From: Prorocentrum cordatum
Taxonomy: Eukaryota
Direction of reading: 5' to 3'
DNA length: 55,683 nucleotides
Assembly (NCBI GenBank): GCA_963575745.1
Contig: CAUYUJ010000143.1
Span: 62,001-117,683, forward strand
Shown: positions 46,600-55,683 of the stretch, one piece after another
Numbering within the stretch: position 1 is the stretch's first letter
How the letters are laid out: each line of letters starts with the position of its first letter
Position numbers and translations under genes: made by a program
The notes under the pieces: model-generated
Databases searched by the model: none
What the model saw: the letters and a program-made list of their open reading frames with translations, nothing else
Told to the model about the DNA's origin: nothing

Positions 46600-49121
46600 T
46601 ACCAAAAGGGGGGGGGGCTTGGCTACCCCCCCCCCCCCTAAGACCTGCCCTGCCGGCCAGGAGCCTCTCCCCCCTCCTCCTTCTACTCCGCCCCTCGGCA
46701 GCACCCCCACCCCCCCCTTCCCTTCGCGCTCCAGAAGCTTACCCCCCCCCTCCTTTCCCAAAGAGGGAGGAGGGGGCGCTGCTACCCATCCCCCCCCTTG
46801 AACCTCCCTGCGGAAGCCCTCCTGCCTCCCCTTCTGACAGTCCGCCCCTCGGAAGCTGCACGCCCCCCCCCCCCCGCCCCCGAAGCTCTCCCCCCCCCCC
46901 GTCCCTTTCCCACAGGGGGGGGCGCTAGTCCCCCCCCCCCTTGGACCTCTCCTGCCAGAAGCCCCCTTTTTTCTGCTCCTCTGAAGCGAAGCTCCCCCCT
47001 CCCCGGCCCACAACAGGCGCCCAATACCGAAAGAACCACGAAACCCGAATCTGCTCCGTAAACAAAAACTGAGCGAAAAATCAAAGAGCGCGGAAATACG
47101 AAAGAGCGCGGACACCCGAAAGAACACGAACAACGAAAGAATCGCCACCGAAAGCGCCGAAAACCAAAGGCGCGCTGGAAACCAAAAGGGCGCCGCCAAC
47201 CAACATGTCGCCACACTCAAAGAATACACAAAAAACAATGGCGCGCCGAAGCGAAAACGAGCGGCAAAACCAAAGGAGCGCCGTAAACCAACAGCACACC
47301 GAGAACTGCAAATGGCGCCAAGAACCCAAACATATCAAAAGCCAAAGAAGCGCCGAAAACCCCCAAAAAAAGACGCCGAAACCCAAAAGAGATCCGGAAA
47401 CCAAAAAAGCGCCGACAACCACAGAGGCACCGCAAACCAAAGTAACGCCGAACAAATTATGCTCCGACAACCAACAGGGCGACGAAAACCAAAAGAGAGC
47501 CGCAAACACAAAGAGCGCCGAAAACAACAAAACTCTCCGAAAATCAAAGGAAGCCGGACAAACCAACACGGCGCGGAAAGCTACAACTGCGCCGCCAATC
47601 AAAAAAGCGCCGAAAATCGAATGAGCGCCGAAAACCAATAGGGCACCGAAGACCTTCGATTCGCCGAGCACCGACAGAACGCCAAAAAAACCTTGAGACG
47701 CCGAGAACCCAAAAGGCGACAACACCTCCAGAACCGCCGAAAACAATACATGCGCCAAAAACCATAAGAACACCCAAAACAAAAAGGACCCCGAAAACCA
47801 ACGATGCCCCAAGAACCCACACATTGCCGAAAATCAGACAGACGCCGAACACCAAAGATGCTCCGAATACCAGAGCGGCCCCGAAAACCACATGGACGCC
47901 CCTTTCCCTTAGACGATCCCCCCCCGCCCCCCTCCCTGTTCGGCAAAGGAAGGAGAATGGCTTGGAAAACCCTCCCCCCCCTGTGGCTAAAGGAAGGCTG
48001 CGAAAACCAAAAGACCACCAACAACCAAAGGGCAACGAAAACCACAGACACGCCAAAATCCAAAAGACCGCACGGCAACCACAAAACACCCGAACACCAA
48101 GGAGGCGCCAAAATCCAGGAAGGCACCGAATACGAACAGAGCGCCGAAAACCCGAAGAGCTCCGAAAATCAAAACAAACCGAAAACCACAGGGACGCCCA
48201 AATCCAAAGAAACGCCCAAACCCAAATGGGCAACGACAACCAAAATGGCGCCGAAAACGCACTGGACGCCGAACACCAAAAGAGCACCAAAAGCTAAAGG
48301 GCAACGAAACCCCACTGGCGCCGAAAATCCAAAGAACGCCGAAAACCAAAAGGCCGACGAACACCCAAACGGGCGCCGGAAACCGACGAGGAAGCGCCGA
48401 AAACCCCAAGACACACCGAATGCCACACGATTGTCGAAGACCACGGCGGCGCCGAAAACCAAAACAGCGCCAAAAAACAAGAACGCGCCGAAAACCAAAG
48501 AGGCACCCAAAACCAACGGATCGCCCATCTCAGCTGGAGGCGGGGGTGTAGCTCCCGAAGCCCCACCCCCCCTTTGAAAGCGAAGCTCGAGCTAACCCTG
48601 GGCTCTGGAAGAGGGAGGGAGGGGGGGGCTGCGTTGAAGCCCACCCGTTTGGCAAGGCAATCTCAGCTGCGAAAGGAAGGAGGGGGGCGGGTAACTTCCG
48701 AAGCCCCCCCCCTTTGAAAGGCAAGCCCCGGCTGGCCTTGGGCTCCGGAAAGGGAAGGGGGGGCAGTTTTGAAGCCCCCCCTTGGCAAACCAATCTCAGC
48801 TGCGACATGGGAGGGGGGGCAGCTCCCGAAGCCCCCCCTCCTTGAATGGGAAACGCGGGCGAACGTTTGGCCCCAGAAAAGGGCGAGGGGCGGAGTGAAC
48901 TTCCAAGCCCCCCCTTTAGCTTGAGCCCCTCCAGTTAAGAAATGCGCGCGAAAAGGAGGAGGAGGAGGAGGAGGAGGAGGAGGAGGAGGAGGAGGAGGAG
49001 GAGGAGGGGGGGGGGCAGGATCGGAAGCGCCCCCTCCCCCATTTCCACTCGAGGAGGGGGGGGGGGGCTTGAAGCTGGGGCCCCCCTTCCAATGGCAGGC
49101 GCGCCACAGGCGCGCTCTTTC
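46600..49121. mobile_element. Second composite of the same type: G/C-run repeats, internal satellite (47020-48520, CGCCGAAAACCAAAA-like units) and matching right terminus; left end unresolved
   Basis: Right end GCTTGAAGCTGGGGCCCCCCTT...GGCGCGCTCTTTC (to 49121) matches GCTTGAAGCTGGGTCCCCTT...GGCGCGCTCTTTC at 17492-17545. Confidence 0.55.
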
Positions 49122-49619
49122 AGAGCTGTCTTCCCACCGTTTACTCATGGGGCCCGCATTTCAGCATCGCGATCACTGCGGCTATATGCCGCCAGTTGTC
49201 GCTCCGATTGTCGGCCCACCAAGCGCTCGGGTCCTCCCGCGCGTCTCTGGTAACGCCGCGGCCACCTTGATTGGCCATGCCCGCGCATTTTCCTCTGCCA
49301 GGGGGGCGGAATTTGCCGGCTGGCGCACCCGAGCGACGCGCGCGCCCACTCTTGGCTCCCTTGCCGAATCTGCGCCGCCATCGCGGTCGCACTCGGCAGC
49401 TTCAGCCCTGCCGCGGCGGCCGCGACGGCCACGCGACCCCACCCCAACTTCGGCCTAGCTCCTCGTCGCCGGCGGACGGGCCCGCTGTCCTGGCAGCGCC
49501 GCGATCTCGAGCGCCCGCCGCCCCCCCCCCCCTCCTCCTCCTCCTCCTCCTCCTCCTCCTCCTCCTCCTCCTCCTCCTCCTCCTCCTCCTCCTCCTCCTC
49601 CTCCTCCTGCCGAGCTCGA

Positions 49620-51600
49620 TCCACTTCAGGGGCCCACCCTGGCTGCCAACGGCAGGACGGACGCGGGCACGACAGGTTGTATTGCATCATCTGTCGCATC
49701 GTCCTCGTCGGCATCAGCTGCTAGGAACATCCAAATCTCGACCCCTACAGACCTCGAATAGTATGCCCCGATGTGGTCACGCACTATACATGTCACCACC
49801 GCGGTGGGCCGTCGGTTCGCTGGAGCGTCTCGCAACTGGTCATCGTCGCCGAGCACCGATGGGGGCCAATGACGCCCTCAACGGCCATACATGCATAATG
49901 TCCTCGGAAGTCCGCTCTGACAAACTCAGCGCTGCTTGGGCCCAGGAAAGACGTTGCCTCAAGGGCGCGCCCATCCACATCTTATCGTAGATGTTGTTGA
50001 GCGTCGAGTTCGCACATGTGCGGAACGGTTCCTCGGTCTCTTCTCGCGCGAAAGCCTCTTCGGCATTACTGCGATTCTTCGTGGCCTGGATTATGGCGCA
50101 CATGGCGCCGCGCACAAACCGGCCCTCTTCGCCAGGGTGCCGCGGCGTGCGCTGCTCCTCGAAACTAGGGCAATCCCATCGCGCAAAGACCATTTGCGAT
50201 ACCACCTGGAAAAAAGCCTCGGAGAAGTGCAGCGCGGCAGCAGCGGCGGCCATGCCATGTCTCGCTCCACTCGCAATCCTGGCCGTGCGACTCAACCAAT
50301 GGATCTCTTAGCCAGGCCCGCCTATGGTGGCCAATCCCTAATTATCAGTTACCCCGTCGCCTTCCGCAATTCCATCGCGCTGGCGCCCCACTGCGCAGGA
50401 TGTCGTCATAATTTGCACGTCGCCAGTCGGTCTACTAGACTGGGCGAGTGCCGACAGCATAACGGGGTCGGGAATCCCCCATTCGACCCCCCTTCTCTCG
50501 GCACCCGGCAGCGGAAACTCGCGCCCGGCAGCCCGCATTAATGGATGCGTCCGAGCAGCGCCTCAACGACCGCATCAATAATTGTCGAGCCCTTCGAGTA
50601 TCGCGGTGGCCAAACGGCGCGGGGCCTCTGCATTTGATCCCCATCTCCTCCGCGCCTCTCTGCGTCGAGGAACATCGGGGCATTCAATTTTGGATGCCCC
50701 CGCCGAGGCGGGGCCCTGGATGAGCGCGGGCGAGTCGCGGGGCGCGGCCGGGCACGACGGGGCAGCGAGCCTGTCCGCAGGACCGAAGCTTCTCGGCGCA
50801 TCGCAGGTTGCGTCGCAGACAAGCAGCACAGCCAGGCCAACAAAAGGCAAACCAGATTGGCCTCTCATAACCTGAATATCACGTAGAACAGACCTATCTC
50901 GTCAACGCCAGAGACATAGTCCATGTCACCATGGACGTCGTGTCAAGCAGTTGCCGTATTGCCATTGCTTTTTTTTCCGGCAATATGAACGCCCTCGCTG
51001 TCGTCGGTCGCAAGCTCAGGTCCCGCCATCGCGATCATGCGATAAGCGGCCATTCCCCCTTCTGTCCGTCTCAACGAGCCTCGCGCAGGTTCGCGCCAGG
51101 AACGACAAGACATCTCAGTCTGGGTCTGAAGCCCATCTTGCGCCCCACAGGAGCAACGGTTACATCTTCGCAGGCCCCCCACGCTTCATCGGATTCAACG
51201 CGACGCGCCGCCCCCCGTTCGCAGCCCAGGTCTTTCCCGGAGCAAACTCGCGCGAAGATTATGATGCGCGGGCCTTCTCAATGAGGCGCGGCGGCGGCTG
51301 CTCGCAATCCCAAAAAAGACTCAACTCTTCCCCGGAAGCGCCCGCCTCGCGCAGTTTCTATTGAACGGCGGCCTTTCGACAATCCGTGATTGCGTGATCC
51401 GATTTGTCATTCGCCAGAGGGGCGCTCGAGCGCCGCGGCCAAATTTTCTGCGCGGGAAGGCAATTCCACGCAAGAAGCTTCCCTCATATGGTTCCGAACT
51501 CCGTTTCGGAACCATATGCTTACCCTGGTATTTGAGATCCGAGTCTGGCTCACTCCAACCTTTTATGTCATATGTTGGAATGCCCTGGTTCTATCGCTCC
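49620..51600 (-). mobile_element. Possible highly decayed LINE remnant
   Basis: Non-repetitive, stop-interrupted block with weak RT-like fragments (AAALHFSEAFFQVVSQMVF resembling D..kAF..V; DATDDAIQP resembling the xADD region). Confidence 0.3.
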
Positions 51601-51869
51601 TAACTTGCAACGCAGGGTAGCAAACCTCAAAACTGTTGGGGGGGCAACTATGCTTGGCCCGCGCCGCTGTCTCACAGGCGCACCTGGTTTGTTTGGGACT
51701 TTCCTGGGCCCCTAAGGGTTGCGGTGGAAGCCCGACTCTCTCGCGGCAAAGACGACGGTCGCATTGAAAGTGAATCCGTCTTCGAACAGCTCAATACGTT
51801 CTGACTAAAACTCGTCCTCCTCCGACTCCACGTCCTAAAAATGGCACGCAACGAACTCCGACGCGCCCT

Positions 51870-52280
51870 TGAGCGTTGTTTGAGCTTCGTTTGAGCTTTG
51901 TGTCTGCGTTGGTGGAGCTTTGATGGATATGTGTTCCAACTTGTTTGAGCATTGCTTCAGCTTTGTTTGGTATACTTGACCTTTGTTGGAGCTTCGTTGG
52001 ACCTTTGTTGGAGCTTTGTTTGAACTGTGATCGCGTTTTGTTTGAGCTTTGTTGGAGCTGAGCGGGAGCTTTGTTGGAGTTTTGCCTGAGGCCTGCTATG
52101 GCTTTGGTTGCGCTTTGTTTGAGCTTTGACGGGCTTTGTATGAGCTGTGCTTGAATTTCGTTTGAGCTTTGCTGGAGCTTTGTTTGAGCTGTGCGTGAAC
52201 TGTGTTTGAGCCTTGTTGGGGCCTTGTTGGAGCTCGGTTGGAGCTTCGTTTGAACACTGAGTGAGCTCTGTTTCAGCTGT
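51870..52280. repeat. 11-bp minisatellite (TTTGTTTGAGC); short related tract at 52800-52905
   Basis: Diverged tandem copies. Confidence 0.85.
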
Positions 52281-52587
52281 CAACTTACGACGGCGACGAA
52301 AACGGCGACGGCAACGACGACGGGCGGGACATTAAATGCAGCCTTCGCTCGGTAAAAGGATAAGATTGGGGGAACATCTAGCATAACAACTGGGGACGCC
52401 GTCGAGGCGGGCCGAGCATTAAATGCATCAGTCGCTCAATGATGGAGCGTTCCGTCGGGCGGGGCGTGGAATGCAACCTGCACTCTGGGATGGGATACGG
52501 TTATTAGGGGAACATATCCGAAAACCACCGAAGACGCCGTTCGGGCGGGCGGGGCACTAAGTGAAACCTTCACTCAAAGATGGGGCG

Positions 52588-52618
<31 letters not shown>

Positions 52619-55257
52619 CATCACCACCACCATCATCATTGACGTCGTCGTCATCATCACCAGCAGCATCATTATTATCGCCGGCGGCCCATAACGGCCT
52701 CAGAAGCCCCCGTCGGTACCCCAGGGGGGGCCAGGCACGTGTGCGAAAAGGGTGACGCCATGCGCCAGCATTCGAAATTCGGTCCACGCCATGCGCAGTT
52801 TCGAGTTTTGTTTGCGCCTTGCTGAAGCTTTGTTGGACATGTGCTAGAACTGTGCTTGAGTTTTGTTTGGTTTTCTGTGGGCATTATTTAACTTCTGTTT
52901 GAGTTTCATCCCCCACCCCTTCTCCGGTTCGGAGCAGGACCGCTCCCCCTGGTTCGAACACGGGGCTTGCTAGCGATGAGCGTTAGCAAGCGCTCTTCCC
53001 AAACTTGTAAGGCGAATGTGCGCAGCGCTGGGGCGAAAGCCAAATTTTTGAGGACCGCCCTCCATCTTTGAAGCGGCTGCAATTTTTTCACATAATTTCC
53101 TTTCCTCTGAATTGAAAGCCGCATTTTGAAAACGGTCCGCCATCCATCCATGGAACTGCTGCAAGTTCCACGCCTCAAGATCATGAATGGTGAGAAACTC
53201 TCAAGCGAGAGACCCGCCCGCCCTACCAACACGTCTGGGAATGCGACAAGGAGGAAGGAAAAGGCATGGAACAGCACGCACCACGACCACGGCGACGCAG
53301 CCGACGCCGACACCGACGACGACGAAGGAGTTGAGGCGCGGTAACGATCCGCCACGGTCTTCGGGAAGGCCCACTCTGCGACGTTTGGTACACAGCGCAT
53401 TGTTGAGAGGTGCTGTGGCCTCCCCCCGAGCGAAGACCTCCCTCCCGAGCAGCAGCCACACGTCTCGAGTTTGCGCAAGCATGCCTTGCTGAGCCCGGGG
53501 GGGCTTTCCGCCCCCTCCCCCCCAGACCTCGCCAGGGCAACCGACGAGGGAGAGGTCATAAAGGAGGACCAAGAGCTGGAAATGGAGGAGAAGGAGGATG
53601 ACAGGGAGGATGGGTTTGGAAAAGGGGAAGAGGAGGATGACAGGGAGAACGGAGGACCAGCGAAGCCCAAAACGCAGCGACTCTGCTGCAATACGCCCTC
53701 CCTCAAAATTCCTTTTTAGTAGATCCATAGAAGAATACGTCTGCACTCGCGGGAGTAACCCGTGAGAGGACAATCGTCTCAAACCCCCAGTGCGAAACAC
53801 TATTCGCGAAATCTACGTTGCGGATCAGCGTGATTGTTGTGTCATGAACTTCCTAAATAGTGGCAGAACACGGTTCCCGTGGTTTCAACAGTGCGCATCA
53901 ACGCGACGGTCGCGCACTGACAATCCCAAATCGATCCAAAACGTCGCTCCTGGGACTTCAACCATACGGATCCTTGACACTGCCGTAAACAGCTAAGACA
54001 AATGCGCGCGGTGCAAAAACGAACGCCATATTTTGAAAACGGCCCGCCTTTCATCCGCGAAACTGCTGCACACGTTTAACACGAATATGTGCGGCGCTAG
54101 GACGAGAACCGCGGTTTGAAAACGAGCCGCCCTCATCCGTGAAACTGCTGCATACTTTTAATGCAAAAGTGCGCGGCGCGACGGCGAGAACCACATTTTA
54201 AAAACCAGCCGCCCTCCATGCGTGAAACAGTTACAAAGACGAATGTGCGCGGCGCGATGGCGAGAGCCACGTGATGAAAACGAACTGCCCTCCATCAATG
54301 AAGCTGTTGCAAAATTACCAAACATCAGGGTCACAGGTGGTGGGGAAGTCTCAGGCGAAACGACAGGAAGCCCTACCGACACGTCTGGGGGATCGACAAG
54401 GAGGAGTTACTGATAAGGCGAAGTGAGGGGGGTAGGGGAAGAGAAAGGATGAGGAGGACGAGGAGCATAACGACAGGGAGGAGGAGGAGGAAGACAGGGA
54501 GGAGGAGGAGGAGGAGGAGGAGGAGGAGGAGGAAGAGGAGGACCAATGCAAACCCAAGACGCATTAACATGTTGTCATCCACCCTACCTCCAAGCTCACG
54601 CTTCATAGCCCCCTCGAGAACCTTTGGCTTTCGCTTGGGGAAGTGGACGGTGAGAGGACAATCGTCAGTGACGAGGAGGAGGAGGAGGAGGAAGAGGAGC
54701 AGGAGGACCAGGAGGATTAAGGTATGTTAGGTCAGCCCCGAAGGGAGAAGACTCGCAAGTCTGAAACAAGGGTCTGTGGCACCCATCCGAGATGGTTTGT
54801 TCCCCTGGAGGACAGAGCTCCCAGCACTCTGACCAGGGCCCGCGACAGGGTGCCACGACCGAAAATATTCCTCCGCCCCGTGAGACTCCCTGGCTCGCAC
54901 AGGCTCTGCGAATGCAGCCGGCCGTCTCTCACACTCTGGGACGGCGGGGGCACGGGAGAGGGCGGTAGGTACGCAAGCACGGGCAAGAGCCTTACAACGC
55001 GGCTTGGGCTGCACATGCAACGCTGAAGCCACGTCGGCTCGATCCATGCACTGACGGACACGACTGTTGGGGCCAAAGCCTCGACAGCACTTGCTGAGTA
55101 CTTCGTGGCCATTACTAGAGGGTCTCTGGCAGAAACCACCGAAGTAACGCGAACAACGTTGGACTCCGCCAGGAGCCTCTGAACCCGCACCGGATGAGGG
55201 AAGACCCCTGAAGAACTTGGAAAGCACGAAGGCGCGGAAGCCCTCAGGTGCAGGCAC

Positions 55258-55280
55258 CTTGAGCCAAAAATGGCTGCGGA
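55258..55280 (-). other. Degenerate spliced-leader relic
   Basis: Reverse complement reads TCCGCAGCCATTTTTGGCTCAAG (one substitution and one extra T versus DinoSL), preceded by short TCC repeats. Confidence 0.85.
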
Positions 55281-55683
55281 AGGAGCAGGAGGAGGAGACC
55301 TCACCGCGGCCAGGAGGAGGAGGCCCCCCCCCCGCGGCCCGCAGACCTCGACGAGCCCTCTGGCGAGCCCTCCTCCGACCCCTCCGGCTGCTCCACCTCC
55401 GCCTCCGCGGCGCCCAGCCGCGAGGAGCTCCCCGGCGGAGACGAGGGGCCGCGGCGGAGGGCCTCTGAGGGCGGGGGGGCATCGGGCCTCTGGAGGCGCC
55501 CTGGAAGCATCCAGAGGCCTTTCGGGGCGCCGCCGCCGCCGCCGCGATCGTCGGCGGCGCTCCTCCAGTTCCTCTTCCTCCTCCTCCTCCTCCTCCTCCT
55601 CCTCCTCCTCCTCCTCCTCCTCCTCCTCCTCCTCCTCCTCCGCATCCTGCGCCTGCTCCTCCTCCTCCTCCTCCTCCTCCTCC

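Overview
This window is GC-rich, microsatellite-laden eukaryotic nuclear DNA from a dinoflagellate. The assignment rests on a perfect 22-nt dinoflagellate spliced leader (DinoSL); a Prorocentrum-like origin is only an inference from the high GC and (GGA)n abundance. Most entries in the ORF track are artefacts of triplet repeats and satellites. The main feature is an apparently intact 5.6-kb non-LTR retrotransposon on the minus strand (26218-31815) encoding an APE endonuclease, reverse transcriptase and CCHC finger. It begins exactly with a complete DinoSL, ends in a short stem-loop 3' UTR without poly(A), and is flanked at both ends by (TCC)n. The first AUG after the SL opens a 1841-codon frame that contains the APE-RT protein and completely overlaps a 473-aa coiled-coil ORF1 in another frame. 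Two more degenerate SLs lie on the same strand, also next to (TCC)n tracts. Together these suggest a microsatellite-targeting LINE system that uses host trans-splicing in place of an internal promoter. Other content: a decayed RLE-type (CRE-like) retrotransposon fragment; two copies of a MITE family with 8-bp TSDs; a 3.3-kb satellite-filled TIR element that, with one MITE, splits a candidate exon; an ~875-bp foldback; several satellites and dispersed repeats; and scattered exon-like segments of an unidentified minus-strand host gene.
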